Of a stretch of DNA of 64,000 nt, positions 10,001-19,453 are shown one piece after another. The stretch's first letter is position 1. Each line of letters opens with the position of its first letter. Where the stretch lies: the IMG/VR virus record IMGVR_UViG_3300036971_000130. One strand, given 5' to 3'. This DNA comes from a virus. Taxonomy: Duplodnaviria; Caudoviricetes. The translations under genes were made by a program, and so were the position numbers. Under the pieces are notes generated by a model. The model was not told the origin of the DNA. It did not search any database and saw only the letters and a program-made list of their open reading frames with translations.

Positions 10001-10302
10001 TGGTTACGTCCGGTTACGTCCGGTTACGTCGGCACGTAACCGGATTCTGAGGGCATAAGGCCAGGTCAGAGCCTATAAGTAGTAGTAAAAATGGCTTTGG
10101 TTACGAAAATTACGGTACTCGTGCACACCTCTATAGGGGACCGGCTAGGGCTGTCCATCTCACACGCTATGGCTCTCTACCTCTCTATAGAGCGTGTTGT
10201 GTCGAAACTGCGTAATTTTGTCAACCGGCGGACAAAAGACCAGTTCAGAGGACAAAAATCTGGTTACGTCGCACGTAACCAGACGTAACCAGACGTAACC
10301 GG
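10001..10302. repeat. origin-like module 1: inverted arrays of GGTTACGTC iterons around AT-richer core
   Basis: 3x GGTTACGTC at 10002-10030, 3x ACGTAACC at 10273-10300, 10-bp period. Confidence 0.8.
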
Positions 10303-10402
10303 CGAGGCGATCTCGGCAGTCTGTCGGCCCGACGAAACGGACATATTTGGCAAAGACCACATACATGGGTGTCTGCGGCGACCGAATGGCTAACGCAGGA
10401 CT

Positions 10403-10665
10403 TGTCACCGATGTCACCGGATGTCACCGAGCGGCGGTGACATCCAAAAACATGCTCTGACCTGGTGATATGAAGTCAAAACGGTACTTGTCACTATGTC
10501 ACCAGGAAAGACACAAGTCTCTATAGGTACATCTCTCTCTTTCTCTCTCTGTACCTATGAGTCTCTGTGTGTACCTTTTCCCGGTGACATCGGTGACGAG
10601 CCCAAAAGTGCCTCTGACCTGCGGAAATGTCCGGTGACAAGGTCGGTGACATCCGGTGACATCGA
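10403..10665. repeat. origin-like module 2: inverted arrays of TGTCACCG iterons around CT-rich palindrome
   Basis: 3x TGTCACCG left, 3x CGGTGACA right, central ATAGGTACA..(CT)n..TGTACCTAT. Confidence 0.8.
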
Positions 10666-10759
10666 CGCTCATCGAGTGTCCCGAGAGCCACCGAATGTGA
10701 CCAACACCACACAAATGGGTGTGAAAGTCCGAATCGTCTAAAGAAGAACCGAAAGCCGA

Positions 10760-11812
10760 TCAGGTTGCCGGACCTTCGTCGTTCTCGACCTTCGACGTGA
10801 TCACGTAGGCAGTCACAGCGCCCATGATGCCGGTGATCGCCACCGCACCAGTCCAGAGGTGGGTGGGCCACTCCAACATGTCGCCCGCCTTCAGCATGAG
10901 GAACGTCGAGGTCCAGGTGACCGGTCCGATGACCGCCCCGACCAGCACCAGCCTCGTGCGAGACATCAGCCCACGGGTGACAGCTTGGATCAGTTCCACG
11001 GAGAGACCTCCGAAGACGAGTCCGACAGCGAGGATCGCCACCGGAAGCTTGTCCTCGGAGATGAACAGCGTGGGCAGCGCCATGAGTCCGCAGAGGGCCG
11101 TGATGAACCCCGTGCGGAACCGGAAGACCCGGCAGAGCAGGACGAGCAGAGCGGAGGTGAAGACGGCGTTCCAGACGACCGAGGACATGCCTCGGACCTG
11201 GTAGAACACGTCGTTCACCGTTCCGATGAGCGGCTCCGGTTCCATGAAGGACTGGAACCTGATCCCGACCGACATCGGTGAGACGTAGCCGAGGAACAGG
11301 CTGGTCACCAGGAACATCGAGAGAGCGGAGACGACGACCACCAGCGATGTGCTGGCGGACAGCATGCGCTCGCCCTGGTGGTAGAGGGCCATGATCGGTG
11401 CCGCCAACAGGAACATCAGCCCGACGAAGACGAGCAGGTGCGGAGGTGAGACGAGAGCTTCTACTTCGGCTTCGACACCGAAGACCTCGTGCCAGACCAT
11501 GTCAGCGAACCCACCGAAGGTGAGGATCAGGAAACCGATCGTGCCGAAGGAGACAGCGCCGATGAACCGCAGGCCCTTCCGCAAGGCCCCGTAGCCGAGG
11601 AACAGCCCGACGGAGAGCACGCCGCCGTAGAGGACGAGGTGCCATCCTGAGAGGAAGTCGTCGGCGTTGATCGAGGTCGAGTCGGTGATGTGCCGTGCGA
11701 TGTCGCCGGTCAACCCGACGGTCGTGACCAACACCCCGACCATGAGGATCAGGAGTTCACCCGCTGTGACACGGGGTGTGAACCCCTCCTTGCGCTTGTA
11801 GCGTTCGAGCAC
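10760..11812 (-). CDS. polytopic membrane protein with two D-x3-H...H motifs
   Basis: GDIARH..SGWH and ADMVWH..SPPH; about 9 hydrophobic segments; start uncertain. Confidence 0.8.
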   Translation of the reverse strand: MLERYKRKEGFTPRVTAGELLILMVGVLVTTVGLTGDIARHITDSTSINADDFLSGWHLVLYGGVLSVGLFLGYGALRKGLRFIGAVSFGTIGFLILTFGGFADMVWHEVFGVEAEVEALVSPPHLLVFVGLMFLLAAPIMALYHQGERMLSASTSLVVVVSALSMFLVTSLFLGYVSPMSVGIRFQSFMEPEPLIGTVNDVFYQVRGMSSVVWNAVFTSALLVLLCRVFRFRTGFITALCGLMALPTLFISEDKLPVAILAVGLVFGGLSVELIQAVTRGLMSRTRLVLVGAVIGPVTWTSTFLMLKAGDMLEWPTHLWTGAVAITGIMGAVTAYVITSKVENDEGPAT

Positions 11813-11853
11813 TCTCAACTCCGTCAGATCGGACAGCCTCCTATAGTTGTAGC

Positions 11854-13218
11854 ATGGGAAAGAAGACCTCCGCATCTGCCGCCGCCGCACGGGAAGCCGC
11901 CAGGAAGGGGGACGGCAAGTTCGGGACGCAGGATTTCGCCAAGAACGACGGCCTCGTCCTACCGATCGACGACCTCTCGCAGAGGATGCAGGTCGTCTTC
12001 GACGAGAACCCCGAGTTGGTCGCTGTGGCGCAGGCGATCAAGGACGCAACCGGCAAGGACGCCTTCCTGGTCGGTGGATCGGTCCGTGATGTCGTCTCTG
12101 GGGCGGACCCGAAGGATCTCGACATCACCTCGCCGCTTGCTCCACAGGAGTTCCGGGATGCCGTCGGCGGCATGAAGGCGTCGGTCTTCGACATCGGTGA
12201 GGAACACGGGACCACCGGGATCACGTTCTTTGTCACCGACGAGGACGGCGTCGAACAGCGGGTCGACATCGAGCACACATCGCATCGGGCGGAGACCTAC
12301 CCGACGGAAGGGTCCCGGCGTCCGGAGGTTGCCCTCGGTGCGTCCCTCGAAGAAGACCTGTCTCGTCGGGACTTCACGATCAACGCCATCGCCGTGAACA
12401 TCAACACCGGCGAGGTCTTCGACCCGCACAACGGCGTCGAGGACATCGAGAACAGTATCATCCGCACTCCATGTGACCCCGAGATCACGATGAGTGATGA
12501 CCCTCTCCGGGCGTACCGTGCGATCCGCTTCGCTGCTCTCCGAGGCTTCGAGATCGAACCCGCCACCGGCGAAGCGATGGTCGGTGTCAGCGATCGGTTC
12601 ATCTCCGGCCTCTCCGCCGAGCGCAGGCGTGACGAGATGAAGAAGGTGTTCAAGGGCGGCTCCGCAGCCACCGCAGCCGCCTACGAGAAGATGGACGAAC
12701 TCGGCATCCGTGCGGCGATGATGGAGGACTTCGGATCGTCCCAGTCGAAGTACACCCTCACCCATCGAGACCTGGACGCCGACGAGACCCTGACCGCTCT
12801 CGTCATGGACGCCGAGGACCCAGAGGCGACGCTCGTCCGGTGGAAGTTCCAGAACAACGAACGTCGGAAGGTCCGTGAGGTCATCGAGGCGACCGAGGAT
12901 CTCCGTCCGACTTCGGCGGCGAACGTCCGGTCCAGCATCCGCAAGCACGGAGTCGAGAACCTGCTCTCGGCCAGCCGGGTAGCATCAGCCCGAGGCGACA
13001 TCTCCGACTTCGAGGCCGGACGGTTCGAGCGGGTGGTCCGGGAGCAGGCGTACTTCGCTGACACCCCGAAGCTCGTCGATGGCAAGGACATGATGTCCCT
13101 CGGCCTGAAGGGCAAGGATGTCGGCGCTGCCCTTGCGGATGCGTCCGAGTACCAGGCCGAGAACCCGAACGCCAGCAAGGACGAGATCCTCAACTGGGTG
13201 CGGAGCATCCAGCGGTGA
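11854..13218 (+). CDS. cca: CCA-adding enzyme / tRNA nucleotidyltransferase (class II) with N-terminal extension
   Basis: LVGGSVRD, DLDIT, EEDLSRRDFTINA, DDPLRAYRAIRFA. Confidence 0.9.
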   Translation: MGKKTSASAAAAREAARKGDGKFGTQDFAKNDGLVLPIDDLSQRMQVVFDENPELVAVAQAIKDATGKDAFLVGGSVRDVVSGADPKDLDITSPLAPQEFRDAVGGMKASVFDIGEEHGTTGITFFVTDEDGVEQRVDIEHTSHRAETYPTEGSRRPEVALGASLEEDLSRRDFTINAIAVNINTGEVFDPHNGVEDIENSIIRTPCDPEITMSDDPLRAYRAIRFAALRGFEIEPATGEAMVGVSDRFISGLSAERRRDEMKKVFKGGSAATAAAYEKMDELGIRAAMMEDFGSSQSKYTLTHRDLDADETLTALVMDAEDPEATLVRWKFQNNERRKVREVIEATEDLRPTSAANVRSSIRKHGVENLLSASRVASARGDISDFEAGRFERVVREQAYFADTPKLVDGKDMMSLGLKGKDVGAALADASEYQAENPNASKDEILNWVRSIQR

Positions 13219-13377
13219 CCTGTCGTCACGAGTCCTACTCGTGGAGGTTCGGACTCGTCGAATGGCCTGGACCGGGTCTCTGTGACCCTGAGCACCGCCG
13301 TGGAGGCCACCGGCGAGACGAACGGGTCTGCGTTCGTCCGAAGGCGATGCGATGCCGCAGAGAGCCTGTCGTGGCTT

Positions 13378-13990
13378 TCAGGCCAAGGCGTCCAGCAACT
13401 CGGCCGGGGTGACGGCGACCTTCTTCGACCAGTTCCCGTCATCGAACAGGAGTTGACCGATTCGTCCGTTTGGTCGTTTCAGGTCTCGTCGTAGCCGCTC
13501 GAACTCGAACTGCTGATCTGACCGGCTGAGGTGATCGACTGCTCGAAGGTGACGTGACAGACCCGGCCTCGCACCGATCGAGGCGTACTCGGCCAGGCTG
13601 ATCTCGATGATCGGTTCCGTCTCGCCTTGCCGGAGACCTTCGACCCAGTCGATGATCCGTCGACCTCCGACCGGGTCGACCTTCGGTAGCCGATCCAGGT
13701 CCGACGACGTGAACGACGGGATGCCGACCTGCACGAGATCGTCGTTGCCGCAGTTGGCACACGACTCGCCGGTCTGGTGGGAGCCTCGCAGGCAGTTCGG
13801 ACACACCCCGCTGTTTCTCTGACCGCAGTGCGGACACACGCAGAGAGGCTCCGGCTCCGACGTGAGACATCCGTTGGCGCACAGGTGGGCGACACCGGAC
13901 GTCGTGGGGATGTCGACGTTCAGGAGCTGGACGGTAGATGCTACCGAACCGTCCAGCGTTGCGTGGTTGCGTGGCGGAGTGGTGCGTCAT
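13378..13990 (-). pseudogene. Cys-rich zinc-ribbon protein with N-terminal QPRNAGRF motif, apparent frameshift near 13920
   Basis: MTHHSATQPRNAGRFG joins NVDIPTTSG..CANGC..CPHC..CPNC..CANC in another frame. Confidence 0.55.
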
Positions 13991-14346
13991 GCCGGAAGGA
14001 CGACACCGTTCGACAAGGTGACGGTACCCTTCTCCGTCTTCACCTCGATCATCGACTTCACGGAGAAGGTCCGGCGGTCGACGGCCACCTTCCCGTCGAC
14101 CGTCTCCACCTCGGTGACCGTCTCGGCGTTCTCACCTCCGCCGAAGTCGAACCGGAGATTGACGGTGAAGGACCGGCCATCGACGAGATGGATCGTCACG
14201 CAACGCATCGTGGATCGTCCGATCACGGAAGTCACCGTGTTGCCTTGGAGCCGATAGCCGGGGAACAGGTCCATGGCGATCGCCGTCGAACGGATGCCCG
14301 ACTTGAACTTCTGACTACGGACGAATGCGTTCACATCAGGCTCCAC
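13987..14346 (-). CDS. hypothetical protein
   Basis: Coupled ORF. Confidence 0.6.
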   Translation of the reverse strand: MEPDVNAFVRSQKFKSGIRSTAIAMDLFPGYRLQGNTVTSVIGRSTMRCVTIHLVDGRSFTVNLRFDFGGGENAETVTEVETVDGKVAVDRRTFSVKSMIEVKTEKGTVTLSNGVVLPA

Positions 14347-14791
14347 GCTTGATCGGGGAACTCTCCTGTCGCTTGACCATCTCCACGACCACGTCCGGCC
14401 GTGGAGTGTTGATCCTCCGAAGGCGCAGGTAGCTGACGGAGGCGGAGATGACGGCTGCGATCAGGTAACGGCTGTCGTGGGTGAAGACGAAGCTCACCAT
14501 GAAGTAGGAGGGGAAGAAGACACTCGACGCCGCTCGTTCACCTCTGGCGAAGCAGACATCAAGCAACGGGTGCCTGTGGCTGTGCCCGAAAGCCAGGGCG
14601 GTGGCCGCCCAAACCAACATCAAGTAGACAATGACGGAAGGTCCACGACCGAAGAAGTCGAACATCATCATGGCGAGGAAGGTGACTCCGACCACGACCC
14701 CAGACACGTAGGCGAGAGCCCGGTTGAACGGGATCTCGAAGTGCGAAGCAACGGCACTGGCAATCGGGTGGTCGGACACGTTCACGGTCAT
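14336..14791 (-). CDS. membrane protein
   Basis: Hydrophobic ORF after TTGACA-N17-CATGTT motif. Confidence 0.65.
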   Translation of the reverse strand: MTVNVSDHPIASAVASHFEIPFNRALAYVSGVVVGVTFLAMMMFDFFGRGPSVIVYLMLVWAATALAFGHSHRHPLLDVCFARGERAASSVFFPSYFMVSFVFTHDSRYLIAAVISASVSYLRLRRINTPRPDVVVEMVKRQESSPIKRGA

Positions 14792-14897
14792 AACATGGAT
14801 GGGCTTGGGCTTGATGTCAAGTCCGAGCTTTCCTCTCGTTCTTCGAGGCTGTAGCCTACATCCCTCATCCCCCGACGGCCCACGAGCGGACCACACC

Positions 14898-15845
14898 ATG
14901 AGCGAAACCCCCGACTCCTTCGACGATGTCGAAGACACCCAGTCCATCGACAGCGTTGAGCACGATCCGGACTTCGATTCGGACGAAGCGGACGATTTCA
15001 TCGAAGACGACATCGAAGACGATGAGGAAGATCCGGTCGAATACGACGAACCGGACGAGTCGGACGATGAGTACGAAGACGGCGAACCCGAGGAATCGGA
15101 CGACGGGGAAGATCCGTACGAAGACGACGAACCGGACGACGACGCTCCGGTCGTCCTTCCCACCCCGGTGAAGACCGCCGCTCCGCCCAACGACAATGCG
15201 AAGCTGTGGAAGCGTGCGATCGCCGTCCTCGCTGTCGCCGCCGCCATCCTTCTCGGTCTCGTGCTCGGCATGAACATCGAAGGCAAGAAGGACAAGGATC
15301 GGGTCACCACCGACACCACGCCGACGACGATCTACGACATCGGCTACGACGATCCGCTGGTCATCGACGAGACCACGACCACGGTGCCCGCTGAGACGCC
15401 GACGACCGTCGTGGCGACCACAGCACCGGAGACGACGACCACAGCCCCTGCCGTGACCACGACGACTGCTGCCCCCGCTCCGACCACCACGATCCCGAAG
15501 TGCGTCGAAGGTGGCCTCATCCCCGAAGGTGGCTGCGTGATCGACAGCAACGGCTCGCCGGTCCCGACGACCGCAGCACCCAAGCCGTTCTACGACGGTG
15601 AGGTCACTGCCGATGTCGTCTCCTGCGAGGCCGACTCCGGCGGTCGCAAGGTCGTGGCGAAGGTCCGCACCGACTCGGACGAGGTCCAGCGTGTGAAGGT
15701 CGTCCTCCACGTCAACTCGAACGGCACGTCCGTCGGCTCCACCACCGTCGAAGCCACGGTTCCTGCGAAGGGCACCGTCGAGGTCGACGGCATCATCAAG
15801 TTCGGTCGCTTCCAGGTGACCTCGTGCAGCGCCGAGAAGGGCTGA
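14898..15845 (+). CDS. surface protein: acidic N-terminus, TM helix, Thr/Pro-rich stalk, C-terminal beta domain
   Basis: D/E-rich segment, AIAVLAVAAAILLGLVLG, TTTAP repeats. Confidence 0.8.
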   Translation: MSETPDSFDDVEDTQSIDSVEHDPDFDSDEADDFIEDDIEDDEEDPVEYDEPDESDDEYEDGEPEESDDGEDPYEDDEPDDDAPVVLPTPVKTAAPPNDNAKLWKRAIAVLAVAAAILLGLVLGMNIEGKKDKDRVTTDTTPTTIYDIGYDDPLVIDETTTTVPAETPTTVVATTAPETTTTAPAVTTTTAAPAPTTTIPKCVEGGLIPEGGCVIDSNGSPVPTTAAPKPFYDGEVTADVVSCEADSGGRKVVAKVRTDSDEVQRVKVVLHVNSNGTSVGSTTVEATVPAKGTVEVDGIIKFGRFQVTSCSAEKG

Positions 15846-15848
15846 CGC

Positions 15849-16373
15849 CTACAGCGAGATGAGCCGGGCACGCTGGGCCATGAGGATGTGGCCCAGCCAG
15901 TTCCGGCCCTCGTAGGTGAGGGTGCCGCCGTTCTGGGAGACCGTGACGGTGGCACCCCAACAGTGGTCGTTCCAGTTGTTGCCTTCGATCAGCAGCTTGT
16001 CGCCGGTGTCGATCAGGTAGTCGGCAGCGGTCGTGCCGACCCGGAACTTGCACGCTTGGACGAGCACCATCTGGTCGTACTTGATCTGCTCCCAGTCGGC
16101 CTGCAACGTCACAGAGCGGCCTTCCCGCTTGGCTTTGCCAGGCGTCGGCTGGCCGAGGATGTGCGCCCGTTCACCTTCGTCGAGGGTCTTCAGAGCAGCG
16201 AACGCATGCTCTCCGGTCGGAACCTCCCCGAGACCGGGAACGACGAAGCTCTCCGGCCAGAAGTTCGAGAGCGGAGAGTGGGCGAAGCCCCGCTCCTTCC
16301 TCGACGTGAACTCCCAGATCGTCCGATCGGTTCGGTGAATCAGTCCCACAGGTCTTCCTCCATCTCCAAGCAC
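15849..16373 (-). CDS. NADAR family protein (YbiA-like)
   Basis: LSNFW, TGEHAFAALK, PGKAKREGR, LIEGN..DHCWG, GRNWLGHILM; start uncertain. Confidence 0.92.
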   Translation of the reverse strand: MLGDGGRPVGLIHRTDRTIWEFTSRKERGFAHSPLSNFWPESFVVPGLGEVPTGEHAFAALKTLDEGERAHILGQPTPGKAKREGRSVTLQADWEQIKYDQMVLVQACKFRVGTTAADYLIDTGDKLLIEGNNWNDHCWGATVTVSQNGGTLTYEGRNWLGHILMAQRARLISL

Positions 16374-16501
16374 CGAGAGGCCGATGCGCTGTCCACGTAG
16401 ATGTCCTCGGCGTCGTACACCACGGTGTTCTCGTCAGCGATCCTGCACACACCCTTCGGGTAGTCGCAGTGGCGGTTCGTGCAGGACTTCGGTGTAGCCA
16501 T
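16340..16501 (-). CDS. small hypothetical protein
   Basis: CATAAT-N6-ATG; MATPKSCTNRHC... Confidence 0.55.
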   Translation of the reverse strand: MATPKSCTNRHCDYPKGVCRIADENTVVYDAEDIYVDSASASRCLEMEEDLWD

Positions 16502-16573
16502 CCAGCCATTATGGCTCGCCAACGAACGTTCCGCCACTTGGACATCCGACGATCGACCATCCATGGTTGGGGC

Positions 16574-17317
16574 ATGAGTGATCGCAACGACATCATCGCC
16601 AAGGTGAACGCCCTGCTGAAAAAGGCAGAGTCCACCGAGTTCCCCAAGGAACGTGACGCCTTCATGGATGGAGCGTTCGTCCTCATGGCGAAGTACCAGA
16701 TCGACCACGCTCTGTTGGTCGCCAGCCGGAACGACGCCGGGGATGTCGAGCAGATCATCGAGAAGGCCATCCCGGTGAGTTCGGGTCCCTACGTGAACCC
16801 GCTCCGCATCCTCGCCTCTGGCATCGCCAAGGCGTGTGGCGTCAAGTACCTGCAAGACTCCGGTTCGATCTACCTCATCGGCTACGAGTCCGATGTCGAG
16901 ACCACCGAGTTCATCTGGACATCGGTCCAGAACCAGATGCTCAACGAGATCAAGGACGTGAAGCCGGGCGAGGACGACGTGCAGTGGAAGAACGGACGCC
17001 GTACGAAGGTCTCGACGGTCACGTACCGCCGGAACTTCTGCTCCGGGTACGTGCGAAGCGTCGTTTGGCGCTTCACCGAGATGATGAAGGAGACCACCGA
17101 CGAGGCGGTCGCCACCAGCCAGGACCCCGGTTCGACCGCTCTCGTGCTCGTCGACCGTAAGAAGGCCGTCGACAACGACGTGAAGCGTCGCTACCCGAAG
17201 ACCGGCAAGGCCCGACGCAGCAGCTACGGCTACGCAGGCAGCGATGCTGGCTCGTCCGCTGGCAACCGGGCGAACCTCGGTCGTGGACTCTCCGGTCAGC
17301 GGGCTCTCCATGGCTGA
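16574..17317 (+). CDS. DUF2786 domain protein
   Basis: IAKVNALLKKAEST..ERDAFMDGAFVLMAKYQID. Confidence 0.85.
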   Translation: MSDRNDIIAKVNALLKKAESTEFPKERDAFMDGAFVLMAKYQIDHALLVASRNDAGDVEQIIEKAIPVSSGPYVNPLRILASGIAKACGVKYLQDSGSIYLIGYESDVETTEFIWTSVQNQMLNEIKDVKPGEDDVQWKNGRRTKVSTVTYRRNFCSGYVRSVVWRFTEMMKETTDEAVATSQDPGSTALVLVDRKKAVDNDVKRRYPKTGKARRSSYGYAGSDAGSSAGNRANLGRGLSGQRALHG

Positions 17318-17843
17318 TGTCGACCGTGAAAGGGTCTACCGGGCTGAGAAGGTCGCCTACCTCGGCGGACGGGGGAAGCACCCGATGTCTTGGACCGATC
17401 TCATCGAACTGTCGAACCGGGTCTTCGACCACCCGATGTGGCGTTCGCTGTACGGCAGTCGACCCAAGGTCCAGAAGGCCCGTGTTGACGCTCTGCGGTC
17501 CGTTGCCTACATCACCGAGAACCGGATCAGGGTCGCCAGATCACAGCAGGACGCATGGACGCTCGCTCACGAGTTGGCTCACCTGGTGGCAGCGAAGGTC
17601 GACTGGCGCAACGGTGAAGGTCACGGAGAGAGCTTCCGAAACGCTCAGGTGACGATGGTTCATCTGATCCTCGGCCCCGAAGCCGCTGATCACCTCGTCC
17701 GCTCGTTCCAGAGTTCAGGTCTCTCGGTGAACGAACAGGGCCTCTACCGGCCGATGGTCCCCCATCAGGACGGCCTGTTCGGTGATTGGTTCGACGAGAA
17801 CATCGACTGGATCACCGAGGGCATGCTGCTCAACAAGCCGTAG
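17310..17843 (+). CDS. HExxH zinc metallopeptidase-like protein (TIGR04338-like)
   Basis: RERVYRAE, LAHELAHL, GHGESF; adjacent to DUF2786. Confidence 0.8.
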   Translation: MADVDRERVYRAEKVAYLGGRGKHPMSWTDLIELSNRVFDHPMWRSLYGSRPKVQKARVDALRSVAYITENRIRVARSQQDAWTLAHELAHLVAAKVDWRNGEGHGESFRNAQVTMVHLILGPEAADHLVRSFQSSGLSVNEQGLYRPMVPHQDGLFGDWFDENIDWITEGMLLNKP

Positions 17844-17881
17844 GCTTGGACACCGACGGTGGGACCACCCATGTTGTGTGC

Positions 17882-18382
17882 ATGACCTCCATCGAAGACA
17901 AGATCAAGGCCCACCAGAGCCAGAAGAACGAGAACGAGCGGTCGTTCGAACTCGACGCCCTCCGCTTCATCATCGCCTTCGGTGCCGCTGTCCAGGGTGA
18001 CCCCGAGACGTTCAGGCTTCCAACCTTCTCGGATCACCCGAACTTCGACTACGAGAAGACCGTCTCGTCGCTCGACGAGATCAAGACGCTCCCCTTCGGC
18101 ATGATCGACTTCGACGTGACCGACGAGGAAGACTTCTACTGCAACGACACGGGTGCGTCCGGCGAGATGGTCACGACGCTGACGGCCCTCATCCGGCTTC
18201 CCGGCGGCACCGTCCGTTGGGCGGTCGGTCGCTGCGAACTCGGCCAGGTCGTTCGAGCCCTCGTGCTCGGGATCACCGACGAGGACGCCGTCGAGAACTG
18301 CCTCGCCCGTCTCGATCAGTTCGCAAAGGACAAGGCTGAGCGTGGGTACAACTACCTGTGCTCCGAGGTTCCTCAGTTCTGA
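17882..18382 (+). CDS. hypothetical protein, paralog family A (1/3)
   Basis: LRFIIAFG..ITDEDAVE; own promoter motif. Confidence 0.75.
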   Translation: MTSIEDKIKAHQSQKNENERSFELDALRFIIAFGAAVQGDPETFRLPTFSDHPNFDYEKTVSSLDEIKTLPFGMIDFDVTDEEDFYCNDTGASGEMVTTLTALIRLPGGTVRWAVGRCELGQVVRALVLGITDEDAVENCLARLDQFAKDKAERGYNYLCSEVPQF

Positions 18383-18401
18383 CGCCACCCATGATGGAGG
18401 C

Positions 18402-18875
18402 ATGACCTCCGTCGACGACAAGATCAAGAACTACACCAACACCGGAGACAACCCACGTCGAGCCTTCAACGTGGGTTGTCTCCGTACCGTCGTTGCCTTC
18501 GGCGGCGTGATCGACGGGAATCGTGCGATCCCCGAACATCGGTACGGAGAGCCGAAGCTGCTTCTCGACGAGACGAAGGCGGCGCTCGATGCCCTCACCG
18601 ATGTCGACTGGGAGACCCTCGACATCGCCGTCAACGAGGTGACGTTCACCGTACGGAACGACACCTACGAGGACGAGGTCTACGAACTGACCTTCCTGGT
18701 CGTCAAGGTCTCCATCGGTGACGAGGTGTCCACCTGGGCTGTCGGCGGTGGACTCAGCACGGCTGTCCGGTCGATGTGGCTCGAACTGACGGACGAGGAA
18801 GCTCTCGAACACGCCCGGAAGCGGACCAGCGGGGACACGCTGAACACCGACCGCAGGGTGCTGTTCGTCCACTGA
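18402..18875 (+). CDS. hypothetical protein, paralog family A (2/3)
   Basis: LRTVVAFG..LTDEEALE; own promoter motif. Confidence 0.75.
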   Translation: MTSVDDKIKNYTNTGDNPRRAFNVGCLRTVVAFGGVIDGNRAIPEHRYGEPKLLLDETKAALDALTDVDWETLDIAVNEVTFTVRNDTYEDEVYELTFLVVKVSIGDEVSTWAVGGGLSTAVRSMWLELTDEEALEHARKRTSGDTLNTDRRVLFVH

Positions 18876-18913
18876 CCTTCGACCTGGCTGCGCCTCCAAC
18901 CCATGCTGGGTGC

Positions 18914-19441
18914 ATGACCACCCTCAGCAAGAAGATCGCCGCCAGGAACAACGAAGCCAACCGCATCGCCAAGAAGGCCAGGCAGACGTTCAACGTCGAC
19001 TGCCTCCGGTTCGCTGTGGCGTTCGGAGCAGTGGTCGAAGTCGACGGTCCGGGCAACCCGAAGCACAACCTGGGTTCGTCATCCTTCAAGCTCGACCGAG
19101 CAGCGACGGAGCGTGCCATCGAGGCGCTCGACGGCGTCGACCTCTCCACCCTGAGAGTCACTGCCAACCACGTCACCCACCTCTACGTCGCTGACAGCTT
19201 CTACGACGACTATGACGAGGACGGAGGCTTCGATCGAAGCACGGAACTCGTCGTGATCGTCGAGGTCGCCGGTGAGACCTTCACCTTCGGTGTCTCGGAG
19301 TGCGAGCGTGAAGCCACCGTCTGTGGGATCTCGCTTCAGATCACCGACGAGGAAGCGATCGAGCACGCCCGCCACCGGCTGGAAGGCACGTTCGGGCAGG
19401 ACCCGGACTACGATCGCATCAAGATCGTCGGGTTCCACTAG
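18914..19441 (+). CDS. hypothetical protein, paralog family A (3/3)
   Basis: LRFAVAFG..ITDEEAIE; own promoter motif. Confidence 0.75.
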   Translation: MTTLSKKIAARNNEANRIAKKARQTFNVDCLRFAVAFGAVVEVDGPGNPKHNLGSSSFKLDRAATERAIEALDGVDLSTLRVTANHVTHLYVADSFYDDYDEDGGFDRSTELVVIVEVAGETFTFGVSECEREATVCGISLQITDEEAIEHARHRLEGTFGQDPDYDRIKIVGFH

Positions 19442-19453
19442 CCACCACCAGAA

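Larger units (their letters stand above)
9610..10778. mobile_element. putative integrated non-coding element bounded by 25-bp direct repeats
   Basis: AGCCGATCAGGTTGCCGGACCTTCG at 9610-9634 and 10754-10778; second copy contains stop of adjacent gene. Confidence 0.5.

Noticed and set aside
10001-10665. CRISPR array or protein-coding repeats (ORFs 10091-10288, 10245-10427, 10496-10741)
   Set aside because: Repeats are 8-10 bp and inverted; the ORFs lack the element's codon bias and translate the repeats.
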